Shown here: piece after piece, positions 1 to 10,155 of the stretch | Layout: each line of letters starts with the position of its first letter | How positions within the stretch are numbered: position 1 is the stretch's first letter | Source: Kiritimatiellota bacterium | GTDB taxonomy: Bacteria; Verrucomicrobiota; Lentisphaeria; Victivallales; JAADHT01 | Direction of reading: 5' to 3' | Assembly: GCA_030590505.1 (NCBI GenBank) | Contig: JAUUYH010000002.1 | Location: 1-36,788, forward strand | Length of the DNA stretch: 36,788 bases | Translations under genes and position numbers: made by a program | Notes under the pieces: generated by a model | Databases searched by the model: none | The model's input: only the letters and a program-made list of their open reading frames with translations | Told to the model about the DNA's origin: nothing

Positions 1-341
1 ACTTCCATATTAGGTCGTTCTATTGGTGTTTCTGTTGGATTTTTTATATCAACTGGTTCCGGTGGCTCTGGTGGTGGTGGTGGTGGTTCTATTTCCGGAA
101 CTTCTATCTTTTTCATTGCTACTGTAATCTCTTTAGCTTTCTCAGGTGCTTTAAATACGATAATTGTACCAAGAAACGCAAGTAGAACGATATGTATTAC
201 TGTTGATATTACTGGGCCTGTCAAATGCTCCTTAATATCTTCAAAAGTAATTTTACGAGCCTCCATCAAATCTTCATAAGAGCTAAATCCTGTATCTTCG
301 ACTTCCTCTAAAATCTCTTCATTTGCATGTTCTTCATTCAT
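1..341 (-). CDS. 5' part of a membrane-anchored protein with acidic N-terminus, one TM helix and a Pro-rich linker; runs off the window start
   Basis: Not in the ORF track. Manual translation from ATG at 341 gives MNEEHANEEILEEVEDTGFSSYEDLMEARKITFEDIKEHLTGPVISTVIHIVLLAFLGTIIVFKAPEKAKEITVAMKKIEVPEIEPPPPPEPPEPVD..., open to position 1. GGAG RBS lies 7 nt upstream. The architecture resembles TonB-like or PVC TM/Pro-rich proteins; the C-terminal domain is not visible. Confidence 0.8.
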   Translation of the reverse strand, partial: MNEEHANEEILEEVEDTGFSSYEDLMEARKITFEDIKEHLTGPVISTVIHIVLLAFLGTIIVFKAPEKAKEITVAMKKIEVPEIEPPPPPPEPPEPVDIKNPTETPIERPNME

Positions 342-386
342 TGTAATTCTCCATTTATAAAATATTACATTTTCTTTCTTTGGTAT

Positions 387-415
387 AGTATACAACTTTA
401 CCAATGAAGTGTCAA
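387..415 (-). promoter_or_regulatory. sigma70-type promoter for the partial CDS starting at 341
   Basis: Minus strand reads TTGACA (415-410), a 17-nt spacer, then TATACT (392-387): near-perfect consensus. Confidence 0.75.
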
Positions 416-491
416 GTGCTTTTTTCGTTTTTCTTTTGTTTTTTTACGAATCACACCAAATCAACCACTAATACCTAATATTATTCACCCA

Positions 492-1763
492 TCAATGGCT
501 TTTATTAATTTGGATCTTCAATATTTTTTTTCTATCAGCCTGAAGTACTATAATTTTCAGGTGATTATCATCAACAGTAAGCTCTTCCCCTTTGTGCGGA
601 ATATGCCCTAGTTCGCCACAGACAAAGCCCCCTATGGTATCCACATCTTCATCATCTGGAATATGTGAATCAAGGATATCATTAACATCATCGATTAAAG
701 TCCTAGCATCAAAGACAAAAGAGCCGTCTGGCATAACTACGTGCATTGGAGTATCATCTTCATTGATATCGTACTCATCCCTAATTTCTCCTACAATCTC
801 TTCAATAATATCTTCTAATGTCACAATCCCTGCAGTGCCACCGTATTCATCAATGACAACAGCGAAATGATTTCTTGTTTTTTGTATTTCCGCTAGCAGG
901 TCTCCCACCTCCTTTGTCTCTGGAATAAAAATAGGATGCCTAGCAATGTGAATCAGAGGTTTATTTTTAAGTTTTTCTTTATTCAGAAAGTCTTTTGCGT
1001 ACAAGATACCTTTAATATTATCCATATTTTCCCCATAGACAGGGATTCTGGAATGTCCGCTTTCAATAAATGAGAGCACTGCTTTATCAATAGTTTCATT
1101 CAAATCAATACCTATAATATCCACGCGCGGCGTCATTATTTCACGCACGTCAGTATTATCCAAATCGAACACTCCTTTTATCATTCTTTTTTCATCTTCT
1201 TCGAGAGAGGTGTCCTCTCCATCTGTCTCATCCTGCTCAACAAGGGATAGAATTTCATCCTCTGTCGTGGCTCGCTCTTCATCATCCTCCTGCTGTTGCC
1301 ATTTATCTATTTTATCTCTTAATGTCTCTATACAAAAGACAAACGGAAAGAAGAGAGAATAGCGCAGAATCTTAACCCATGGCATTGTGATCTTTAGCAA
1401 AAGCAGATCAAATCTAGCAATGATACCCTCATTTATTATTTCAGAAACAATAAGAATGAGAAATGTACCAAGCATTGCAGTCAGCACAGTCAAATAAAGA
1501 GACTGTATTGAAGTATGTTTTTTTACAAAGTAGAAGATAAAACTTGCAAGGCAAGATATAGTGAGAAAAACAAGAAACCTAAATACTGACTCATAGGCAT
1601 GTTTATTTTCCAGCCAATCTTCCGATTTTTTTGCTAGTTCACGATCCTTTGACTCGATTCGGCGTATACGGCCCCCACTAAAATGCACTAGAGCATCCCA
1701 AGCGGAGATCAGCCATAAAAAAAAGACTAGAACCAATGTAAATATTACTATATCTGTATGCAT
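492..1763 (-). CDS. HlyC/CorC (TlyC/CNNM) family protein with TM domain, CBS pair and CorC_HlyC domain
   Basis: N-terminal hydrophobic helices, VREIMTPR, HSRIPVY, VIDEYGGTAGIVTLEDIIEEIVGEI, C-terminal DTIGG. Confidence 0.92.
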   Translation of the reverse strand: MHTDIVIFTLVLVFFLWLISAWDALVHFSGGRIRRIESKDRELAKKSEDWLENKHAYESVFRFLVFLTISCLASFIFYFVKKHTSIQSLYLTVLTAMLGTFLILIVSEIINEGIIARFDLLLLKITMPWVKILRYSLFFPFVFCIETLRDKIDKWQQQEDDEERATTEDEILSLVEQDETDGEDTSLEEDEKRMIKGVFDLDNTDVREIMTPRVDIIGIDLNETIDKAVLSFIESGHSRIPVYGENMDNIKGILYAKDFLNKEKLKNKPLIHIARHPIFIPETKEVGDLLAEIQKTRNHFAVVIDEYGGTAGIVTLEDIIEEIVGEIRDEYDINEDDTPMHVVMPDGSFVFDARTLIDDVNDILDSHIPDDEDVDTIGGFVCGELGHIPHKGEELTVDDNHLKIIVLQADRKKILKIQINKSH

Positions 1764-1975
1764 CTGTTAATATCCAAAAAATGGGTTTAATTTGTGTAGC
1801 ATCGTGTTACCTGTCTATATCTCATATAGTTGTCCACTTTGCAGACCTGAAATACTCTCAAATTTTATCGAGTTTGCTACTTGCATAAAACTGTATATTA
1901 AGGAGTCATGAACAAATAACGTTGTATGTCGTAATTCTTTAAGCATTCCTGCCTAAGCCTTTCTGTAAAATAATA

Positions 1976-4039
1976 TCACGCCTCATTAAGTTTATCCAGT
2001 AGTTGCTTAGACAACGGGTCTATTTTTATAATAACTGCTTTACGCTTATCTGGCATTTTTACCTTGTCGTTCAGTATTTGACCATTCAATACTTTCCCAA
2101 GTGCACTTGTATATGCAATACTGTTTGTCTCTGGATCACTATCCCACACTCCGAGTACATGAAATGTCTCTTTCTCCTCATTATCAGAATATGCAACAGT
2201 AACAGTGGAGCCTGGTATAACCGTTTTAGCTATCTCCTGAAAAGAGAAATTCATTGGCTGAGTTCTTATAACAGATGACTCAATTTCATCACGTCGAGTC
2301 TGAAGATAGGCCTGCCGCTCTTTTGCCGCTTTATATTCAGCATTTTCTCTTAAATCACCATAACTTCTAGCATGAGCAATGGCTGCTGAGTTCTCTGGGA
2401 TCTGCTTGTTTATGATATCATTCAGCGTATCCATCATTTGTGCGAATGAGCGAAACGATGTAATATCCGCAGCATCCTCAGACTGCTTCTCAATATGCTT
2501 TCTTCCCGCAGCAGCAAACATTTTTTTACCTTCGCCTTTTTCAATATGATTTTTAACTACAGATGATATTGCAGAACATTTGACAAGAAGACTCTGCTTT
2601 TCATCCATTCTCATATTATCACAAGCTTGAATGGCCCTCAATAGATCCATCTCATTACCTTTAATTCTCTTTATCAATTCCTCCTGAAAGACCTTATCAT
2701 CGATAAATAGATTTTTAACATCTTGAGTTGCTGGCGATGCATTCGGGGCATCTATTGCTTTCCTCAATGCCTGAGGTAAAATTGTAGCAATGGTCGTATT
2801 TTGCAATTTACTTCTGGCTTTCCATACCCATAAAATCGCATCAGCAGTAAGGAATGGTGCATTTTCTATTGCTACAGCAAGCGTTTTTATATTAATTGCA
2901 GGCACTATGCTATTCCAGCATCGAGAGGTCAGCTGTAGTAACAGCGATGCCATATATTCGTCTGAAAAAATATCTGAAGTCAATTGTGCAATAATTGAAA
3001 GGTATTTTGCTGACATTTTTTCCCATGCTGCAAGCTTAATTCCCGCCGCCCCTGAAGGATGAGGCCAAAAAATTACTTGATCCTTAACTCCATCAGCAAT
3101 TTTAACTAAACCATCTTCTGGAATATAGCTTTTAAGCATAGCAAGTGATTCTGCAAGCATCAGCATATTTTTGGGATTCGTATCAAGTTTCAGTTTATGA
3201 AAAGTTTTATTTAGCATCTCCTGCTCTCCGTCAGAAAAAGCAGTACCACTATAGCCAAGAAGTAAAATATTCAATTCATGTAGAGTTCGTGCAGTTGACG
3301 GATGCCGCTCCGCTACCTGATTTACCTCTTCTGTCTCATTATTCCACCAATCATCAAAAGTATTATTAGTAATCCCCTTCTCCATTGCAATAGAAAAAGT
3401 CAAATGCTTCATTATTGCATCATCAACTGTAAGCATAAAATTATTGTTAAGCTCTTTTTTCCATTTAGAGACTGATGTTGCAATCTGTTTCCCTTTTATA
3501 GAAAAATTTGGCAATTTTTGAAGAAAGAGCAGATCAGTTAAAGCAGACTGCAAACTCATAGCTGTTGTACTATTCGCTGTATTCCATTTGGCTCTGATTT
3601 CAGATGTTATTTCATCTAACTCTTCAATTTTCCCCAGCCGCCCACTTTCTGGATTAAAAATCAAAATTCTCGCTTTAAGCCTTTCAAGAACAATAAAGCG
3701 CTCGGCAATCTCCCTGATAGGGATCTCTTCATCACGCACTCCTGTCGCTTTGACAACAGCTGACTTCATAAAAGTTGATTTTTTCAGACAGTTAAATGCC
3801 CGATGCAGCGAGATTCTAAAAACTGCAGAATCTGGGGGGGAGAGAAGTGCAAGTTCAAGGCAGAAATTTGATTTCACAGGAGATGTTTCTATTGAATCCC
3901 CCCAAGCCTCGAGCAAAAAATCAATTCCAGATACAACTTCCACCGAAGATAAATCCGATTGGTCCTTAAGAGCAGAGAGCAGTTGCTCTATAATTCCTGC
4001 GTCTTCCGCCTCTGTTGCGTTAAAAAATAAATTCTCCAT
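1976..4039 (-). CDS. greA: Long GreA/GreB-family transcription elongation factor with a large N-terminal extension
   Basis: C-terminal ENSAAIAHARSYGDLRENAEYKAAKERQ and SIAYTSALGKVL match the GreA motifs. Start placed at ATG 4039 (MENLFF), 1 nt after the upstream stop; the track start at 4099 overlaps the upstream gene. Confidence 0.8.
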   Translation of the reverse strand: MENLFFNATEAEDAGIIEQLLSALKDQSDLSSVEVVSGIDFLLEAWGDSIETSPVKSNFCLELALLSPPDSAVFRISLHRAFNCLKKSTFMKSAVVKATGVRDEEIPIREIAERFIVLERLKARILIFNPESGRLGKIEELDEITSEIRAKWNTANSTTAMSLQSALTDLLFLQKLPNFSIKGKQIATSVSKWKKELNNNFMLTVDDAIMKHLTFSIAMEKGITNNTFDDWWNNETEEVNQVAERHPSTARTLHELNILLLGYSGTAFSDGEQEMLNKTFHKLKLDTNPKNMLMLAESLAMLKSYIPEDGLVKIADGVKDQVIFWPHPSGAAGIKLAAWEKMSAKYLSIIAQLTSDIFSDEYMASLLLQLTSRCWNSIVPAINIKTLAVAIENAPFLTADAILWVWKARSKLQNTTIATILPQALRKAIDAPNASPATQDVKNLFIDDKVFQEELIKRIKGNEMDLLRAIQACDNMRMDEKQSLLVKCSAISSVVKNHIEKGEGKKMFAAAGRKHIEKQSEDAADITSFRSFAQMMDTLNDIINKQIPENSAAIAHARSYGDLRENAEYKAAKERQAYLQTRRDEIESSVIRTQPMNFSFQEIAKTVIPGSTVTVAYSDNEEKETFHVLGVWDSDPETNSIAYTSALGKVLNGQILNDKVKMPDKRKAVIIKIDPLSKQLLDKLNEA

Positions 4040-4040
4040 A

Positions 4041-4595
4041 TTAAAATTCATTGTCTTCGTTATCGTTGTAAAATGTGAAATTACTAGGAGCGGATTCAAC
4101 TAAAGCATCAGCAGTCCCTTTATCAAAAGGCCCTTCAATAACAACATACGTTGTTTGTTCGTCAGTATCATAATCACCTACCATAGCTTTTGGAAGAAAT
4201 GATCTGTAAAAAGTTCCATCAATCACTAACGCAAGTGGCTCACTCTTAAAACCCGCACTAAGCTGCATCCAACGCAAACGTCCACGACGATTCATAAATA
4301 ATTTCAGGTCGTAGAATCCTCTCTTCTTTTTGTTTGGCATCAACTCAATTTTTTTAATCACACTTGAATGGATAAATGCGTTGACGTTAATCCAAATTGT
4401 TCTACCACTGAATGTCCCTATCTGTTTTTCAATCTTTTTAGCTCTAGGGTATTGAATAATCTGATTAATTGTTATCTCATTTTTCGGCTTCGGCAGATTC
4501 CCGAGCATGCGATCCCAATCGGTCTTAAGCTTACATCCTGTCAAAAGCATACAACTCAGCAACATAAACATTGTAATGTTTTTAAAATTCATCAT
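4041..4595 (-). CDS. Predicted lipoprotein, possibly related to the SecD/SecF P1 head subdomain
   Basis: Lipobox LLTG-C after a hydrophobic stretch. The segment LKLFMNRRGRLRW...EPLALVIDG resembles the SecD head motif LAIVLDG (inference). Confidence 0.6.
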   Translation of the reverse strand: MMNFKNITMFMLLSCMLLTGCKLKTDWDRMLGNLPKPKNEITINQIIQYPRAKKIEKQIGTFSGRTIWINVNAFIHSSVIKKIELMPNKKKRGFYDLKLFMNRRGRLRWMQLSAGFKSEPLALVIDGTFYRSFLPKAMVGDYDTDEQTTYVVIEGPFDKGTADALVESAPSNFTFYNDNEDNEF

Positions 4596-4613
4596 AGTTC
4601 CTTTTTTTCTTAT

Positions 4614-5975
4614 CTATTCTTCTTCATTAATTTTACTATATAGAGTTGCAAGACTTACACCAAGTTTCTTGGATGCCGACTCCTTATCTCCATTGCACTC
4701 TGACACTACAGCTTTTAAATATGAAATCTCTACATTTTTCATATAATCCTTTAAAGACAAGCGATCCTCCTGTGCCGTTCCCGTATTTGCATTCGTGATC
4801 TCTCCGTCATCTTCAAAATCTAAGCCACCCAAATCATTAATTTCTATTAAATCATTGTCACAAAGCGTAGCCGCACGCATAATTGCATTTTCAAGCTCTC
4901 TCACATTTCCCGGCCATTTATGCTTTGTCAATAATTTAACCACCTGAGCCGATATTTCAATCTCTCTGACATTATTACTGTTATATTGTTGAAGAAAATA
5001 ATTTACAAGTTGCGGAATATCCTCTTTCCGTTCGACGAGAGGTGGTAACTCAATAGGAATTACAGCGAGCCGGTAGAAAAGATCCTCTCTAAAGGTTTGA
5101 GTCTTTATCTTTTTTGCAAGATCCTCATTGGTCGCAGCAACGACCCTGACATCAATTTTAATATCATCAGTGCCTCCTACATGCCTAATCTCTTTCTCCT
5201 GAAGTACGCGCAATAATTTCATCTGCATACTTAGTGGAATGGATCCAATCTCGTCAAGAAAGATCGTCCCCTTATCTGCTGACTCAAAAAGTCCTTTTTT
5301 ATTTGCATTAGCTCCAGTAAAAGCACCTTTTTTATAACCAAAAAGCTCCGATTCTAGCAAATTTTCTGGCATTGCCGTACAGTTTACTGTGACAAAAGGC
5401 TGTTCAAAGCGTGAACTTGCTGAGTGTAGTGCTTTTGCAACTAACTCTTTACCAGTGCCACTCTCCCCTGTAATTAAGACTGTACTATCTGTACGAGCAA
5501 CCTTTTCAATCAGCTTATAAACTTTTCGCATTGGCTCGGCATCACCCACCAAACAATTAAAATGAAAATGTGTATCAAGGGATGATTTCAAAACTTCATT
5601 TTCTGCCAAAGCCTGCTCATACGTAAGTGCACGTTGAACCGTCAAAAGTATCTCATCAAATTTAAACGGCTTGGTCACGTAGTCGAATGCCCCATTTTTC
5701 ATCGCCTCTACCGCATTGTCAACTTTTGCGTATGCTGTTATGACAATTACAGCAAGGTGCGACTGTAGCTCTCTTGCCTGTTGCAACAGAGTTATCCCAT
5801 CGATCTCGGGCATTCTAATATCAGTAATTAACAAATCAAAGACATTCTCTTTTAATTTACGCAGAGCATCTTTTCCATCTCCTGATGTCGTAATAGAGTG
5901 CCCTTCATGAGACAAAAGGGTCTTGAGCACTTCAAGAATACTCAATTCATCATCCACAATCAATATTCTAGCCAT
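4614..5975 (-). CDS. sigma54-dependent NtrC/AtoC-family response regulator (REC-AAA+-HTH)
   Basis: ILIVDDE and DIRMP receiver motifs, Walker A GESGTGKE, GAFTGA loop, FLDEIG, WPGNVRELEN, Fis-type HTH LGVSLATLY. Confidence 0.95.
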   Translation of the reverse strand: MARILIVDDELSILEVLKTLLSHEGHSITTSGDGKDALRKLKENVFDLLITDIRMPEIDGITLLQQARELQSHLAVIVITAYAKVDNAVEAMKNGAFDYVTKPFKFDEILLTVQRALTYEQALAENEVLKSSLDTHFHFNCLVGDAEPMRKVYKLIEKVARTDSTVLITGESGTGKELVAKALHSASSRFEQPFVTVNCTAMPENLLESELFGYKKGAFTGANANKKGLFESADKGTIFLDEIGSIPLSMQMKLLRVLQEKEIRHVGGTDDIKIDVRVVAATNEDLAKKIKTQTFREDLFYRLAVIPIELPPLVERKEDIPQLVNYFLQQYNSNNVREIEISAQVVKLLTKHKWPGNVRELENAIMRAATLCDNDLIEINDLGGLDFEDDGEITNANTGTAQEDRLSLKDYMKNVEISYLKAVVSECNGDKESASKKLGVSLATLYSKINEEE

Positions 5976-5979
5976 AAAA

Positions 5980-8900
5980 TCATCTCCAATTCTGGATCTG
6001 CTTAATTAAATATCGCTCCTCCCAAGAGAGGGCATTATTGTTAACATTCATCACTTTTACAATTTTAGATTTAACTAACGGGTTCTTACAATGCACCATA
6101 ATTCCTAAAATACCATAACTGAATGCTTTTTCTGGTTGATGTTCTTTAAAAAGCCTAGCAATAATTAATGATGGCTCGCTATCTGTAACAACATTCAAAT
6201 CTTCTACATCTTTCTTAGAGACCAATGATGAAGCTGAGAAGTACTGCATTAAAAAGTTTTTAACCTCCTCTTTTGAGTAATTCCCCAAAGCATATTCTGC
6301 CCCAGCGTTAAGCATCAGCAAACCAGGATAAAAACGTGTAGTACAAATTTCCGCTCTATTTAAACCTGCAACTGTAATTTTTTTTACATCTCCAGCGTAT
6401 GGATTGTTTGCCATCTTCAATAAAAGCACTTTACGCCATAGATCTCCTGAGACGAGAAGAGGAGTAACTTTTTTCTCCAGTGAGTTAATTAACAACTCCT
6501 CACCTGCAAATATCGCCCCGTTCATTGTATGGTATCGTGCCAGAGCGGCAATCAGCACTTTCGCAGAGGTATCTGAATGATAACACTTTAAAAGCATCAA
6601 CTCGTTGATTTGCGATTTTCGCAAAGCTTGTTGATTGAGCAATTCCCCCGCTGCAGTGACAAATTTCAAATCTCCACGAAATTTAACCTGCGCCCCATAT
6701 ACATCGTGCAGGCGCCCACTTAATGATTGGAATTTAGGAATATTTAATGGATGATTACTTTCAATGCATGCTTGCAGTCCAAGAAGGCCCACTTTTACGC
6801 TCATAGCATACGAAGATAATGCTTGGTAATTATATGTGGCAGAAGTTAATAATGGAAACCTAGTTTGGCGTGTAAGCAGATCATATTCAAAAATCAAAGA
6901 TAATATCAACGGAGCCATTGCCCCAGTTTTATAATGTGAGTACTGAGTTTCCATCATTTGATGAATCTTTGCACGTGCTGATCCATTGCCAAGTTGCATA
7001 TCTGCCAGACCATAGGCAAAGATTAATGCACTCTTCCATGATTTTATAGTAGTAGGAGTTACAGTATTGGCAATATTGCTAATTTTTTTTGAGTTAAATA
7101 TAGCATAAACAAGCGGCCAGTCTCCATTATCAAGTGCTGTGGATAATTTCATCGCCTGAAGAGCCACTGGCTGAAATTTAAGCTTATTACTTTTTATTAC
7201 AATATCAAGGAATGCCTGTGCCGCCCCCTGCTTCTCTTTCGTCCAATAATAAAAGGGGATACGGTTATCCGAAAGACGCTTTACTCCACTTACACGAGCA
7301 AGTGCCAACTTCGCTTTTTTTTGAGTCGCATTGAGGTGGTCTATCTCATTTGCATTTAGCTTAAGCAAGCAATTACTGTAACGTGCACGTATTACCATAG
7401 CAGCATTGAATCTTTTTTCAGCACTTACAGGCACTTGAGGGATATTCTGTATCTGATCAATCGCTGTTAACTCTGGGGTGTATTTATGCAACTGAGCCTT
7501 AATTTGAGGTAAGATTATTTCATATCTTGAAGCGAAGAGCGAGCCCCTAGGTGCTTTAGAAAGTTGGCAAAATAAGGTGACAGCTTTAGAATACTCCTTA
7601 GCCTTCAAGGCATCATCAATCATCTTAAGAAGAGTGATGCACTGCACCTCATTACTGCTTATGTCAAAATCCTTTTTTATTGATTCCCAGCACTTTTGAT
7701 TTCTCTTCGTCAAATTCTGCACATTATTAAAGATATCTAAAAAACTATCAGGTACAAATAAAAGAGTAAACGAAAGAATTACATTATTCTCTTCGCCTGT
7801 CAATGCATTCTCCACAGATAGCACCCCTTCTTTTAATAAAAGAATAAGGTGTTTATGGGAAATTGATGCCCATTGCATTGTATGACCTAGTGTAACTTTT
7901 GCATTATTATGATAAGCCAGCTTAATTCCTTTGTCTGTAAATGCTCTCACACTGTAATTTTTTAACTTTTTAGAACACATCTCTGGAGGCAATTTCTTAT
8001 TGTTAAAATACGACTCTTTAGATTTAATTAAACTAATTATTTTCCCTGCACTTGGAAGAATCGTCGATGTAAAAAATTCAACCCTGATTGTATATTGTGG
8101 TGCGATAACATCTGAGCCTTGATCCCACTCTTGTAAACCGCTTTTTAGGGTCGTTAGGCTGTTCCCGTTTCTGAAACCATCCAATGCTATATAGTAGTTG
8201 TTTATTGTACCGTTCAGTGCAAGTTGAGTTTGATGGTCTTCCTTTTCTTGAGATAACGTTTCCCGCTCTAGCTCTAATTTGCCAAGCTGCTCTTTTGCAA
8301 TTTTTTCATTGCGAATTTCGTCCATTTTTTCTCTATGCTGCCTCAGACGATCTGAAAGTTTTTTATATACATCAGTAAGAAACGTCTTGCTTCCTAATGG
8401 AAACATCAAATAGCTGACATCCGAAGCTTTTCTTAGAATATCCTGTAACTTCTTATTTAAATCTTGCATTTCTGCAATAGGCGTCTTTTGACTATCTATA
8501 TTCACAGCTTTCACCGATACCAACACTGCATTAACGCGTTTCTCAAACTGTGCCTGTTCTGAAGCTCGCCTCTTTCTATTTCCCTCTATAGTTACAACTC
8601 TTGCTTCCAATGTTTTCAACCTAGACAATGCCTCAGAGGGAACATCATTGTCGTGATCTTCTATAAAATTCTTTACTTTTTTTAAAGCGATTGTCGGATT
8701 TTTCTTAAATATCTCTTTTTTTAATTTATTCCACTCCGCAATAACAACTTCGGGATTGGCAATCCTTATTTTTCCGCTTTTTCCCTCAGAGTCCTCCTGC
8801 TTTAAGAAAAGCATCGCCACCACTCCAACTCCTAAAATAATAATTACACTAAGAAGTGATTTGACAATTAATGATAACTTTTTATCACTCACGATAGAGG

Positions 8901-9885
8901 CTGCTGGATCGATATGCAGATGGGTATGAAAAACCTTTTTTGAAACCTCCGGCTCCCGTATTTTCTTCAATGCAAGATGGACTGCCTCCCAGGTCTCTGG
9001 TCTATTTTCCGGACTCTTTGCAAGCATCTGCTCACATATCTCGACTAATGCCGGTGCAAGTTTAGAATTATAGCTAAGTAACGGAGATGGTGTATCATTG
9101 AGATGTTGTTGAAAAATTACTTCTGGGTCATTATCTGGAAATGGTGGAACTCCTGTAAGCATTTGATATAAAGTTGCCCCAAAAGAGTACATATCAGAGT
9201 GAAACCCGATTAACTCAACTTCACCCTTGATTACCTCAGGCGGAGCGTAAAGGGGTGTTGCCATAATGCCGTCCTCAAAATTGTCATCATGCACAAATTT
9301 TGCAAGCCCCAAATCTGCAAGTTTTGCACTGCCTGCATTGTTTAAAATAATATTATCTGGTTTTATGTCGCCATGTGTCAATTTCTGAAATTTCCAAGCG
9401 TAATCAAGAGCATCTGCAATTTTAACTGCAATCTTTAAAGCCTCTTTTGGGGCAAGTTTGCCATGAGACTCTATGCTTGTCTCAAGCGTCTCACCCTCAA
9501 TCAACTCCATAGCAAAAAAGGATACTCCTTCTGGTGATCGTCCTGCATCAAAAACCTGCACAATATTGGGATGATTTAAGCTGGCGGCGGCACGGGCTTC
9601 TTTAAAAAAACGTTCAACAAATTCTCGGTCATTTGCCAAGTCATCTGCAAGAACTTTCAGTGCAACATCACGCTCAAGATTCAACTGCCGTGCCCGGTAA
9701 ACAATTCCCATACCGCCACGCCCTAACTCGTCCACAATCCTGAACCCACCCAGCATTGTCCCCGGAGGTAGATAATTCGCCGAATGAATAATCACCGCAC
9801 CACAGACAGCACACAACTGAGCATTACTGTTGGCATCCTTCCTCAGCTCTACATCTTTTTCACATCTATAACAATATCTTTCCAT
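5980..9885 (-). CDS. Membrane-bound Hanks-type Ser/Thr kinase with N-terminal Zn ribbon and very long C-terminal helical region
   Basis: CYRC...CAVC, LGRGGMGIVY, VALK, HGDIKPDNI, DLG, YAPPE, DMYSFG, TM helix LLSVIIILGVGVVAMLFL. Confidence 0.92.
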   Translation of the reverse strand: MERYCYRCEKDVELRKDANSNAQLCAVCGAVIIHSANYLPPGTMLGGFRIVDELGRGGMGIVYRARQLNLERDVALKVLADDLANDREFVERFFKEARAAASLNHPNIVQVFDAGRSPEGVSFFAMELIEGETLETSIESHGKLAPKEALKIAVKIADALDYAWKFQKLTHGDIKPDNIILNNAGSAKLADLGLAKFVHDDNFEDGIMATPLYAPPEVIKGEVELIGFHSDMYSFGATLYQMLTGVPPFPDNDPEVIFQQHLNDTPSPLLSYNSKLAPALVEICEQMLAKSPENRPETWEAVHLALKKIREPEVSKKVFHTHLHIDPAASIVSDKKLSLIVKSLLSVIIILGVGVVAMLFLKQEDSEGKSGKIRIANPEVVIAEWNKLKKEIFKKNPTIALKKVKNFIEDHDNDVPSEALSRLKTLEARVVTIEGNRKRRASEQAQFEKRVNAVLVSVKAVNIDSQKTPIAEMQDLNKKLQDILRKASDVSYLMFPLGSKTFLTDVYKKLSDRLRQHREKMDEIRNEKIAKEQLGKLELERETLSQEKEDHQTQLALNGTINNYYIALDGFRNGNSLTTLKSGLQEWDQGSDVIAPQYTIRVEFFTSTILPSAGKIISLIKSKESYFNNKKLPPEMCSKKLKNYSVRAFTDKGIKLAYHNNAKVTLGHTMQWASISHKHLILLLKEGVLSVENALTGEENNVILSFTLLFVPDSFLDIFNNVQNLTKRNQKCWESIKKDFDISSNEVQCITLLKMIDDALKAKEYSKAVTLFCQLSKAPRGSLFASRYEIILPQIKAQLHKYTPELTAIDQIQNIPQVPVSAEKRFNAAMVIRARYSNCLLKLNANEIDHLNATQKKAKLALARVSGVKRLSDNRIPFYYWTKEKQGAAQAFLDIVIKSNKLKFQPVALQAMKLSTALDNGDWPLVYAIFNSKKISNIANTVTPTTIKSWKSALIFAYGLADMQLGNGSARAKIHQMMETQYSHYKTGAMAPLILSLIFEYDLLTRQTRFPLLTSATYNYQALSSYAMSVKVGLLGLQACIESNHPLNIPKFQSLSGRLHDVYGAQVKFRGDLKFVTAAGELLNQQALRKSQINELMLLKCYHSDTSAKVLIAALARYHTMNGAIFAGEELLINSLEKKVTPLLVSGDLWRKVLLLKMANNPYAGDVKKITVAGLNRAEICTTRFYPGLLMLNAGAEYALGNYSKEEVKNFLMQYFSASSLVSKKDVEDLNVVTDSEPSLIIARLFKEHQPEKAFSYGILGIMVHCKNPLVKSKIVKVMNVNNNALSWEERYLIKQIQNWR

Positions 9886-10040
9886 AAATTACCAATTTAA
9901 AAATCACTTCCCTCAAAATTGCTTTACTAAATCTGTCTTAAAGATACCTCTCTTTTTGTGAAAAGCTACTGATTTACCCTAAAGAAAAGTGATTTTCATA
10001 AAAAAAAGAGGTGAATTTTAAAAAAATAGCAATTTCACCC

Positions 10041-10069
10041 TTGCGAAAAGTACATGTCTATGCTATCTT
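10041..10069 (+). promoter_or_regulatory. Candidate sigma70 promoter (extended -10) for the 10156 gene
   Basis: TTGCGA (10041-10046), 17-nt spacer ending in TGC, TATCTT (10064-10069). Confidence 0.45.
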
Positions 10070-10155
10070 AAAACGTTTCGTTCTCTTTTTTTAAAAAAGG
10101 GTTATAATTTAGTATGTAAATAGGTGGTTCTAATAATTTCTAGAAGGGGAAACAG

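Noticed and set aside
3588-4103. 171-aa plus-strand ORF and other short ORFs antisense to long genes
   Set aside because: Fully overlap well-supported genes on the opposite strand and have no motifs.
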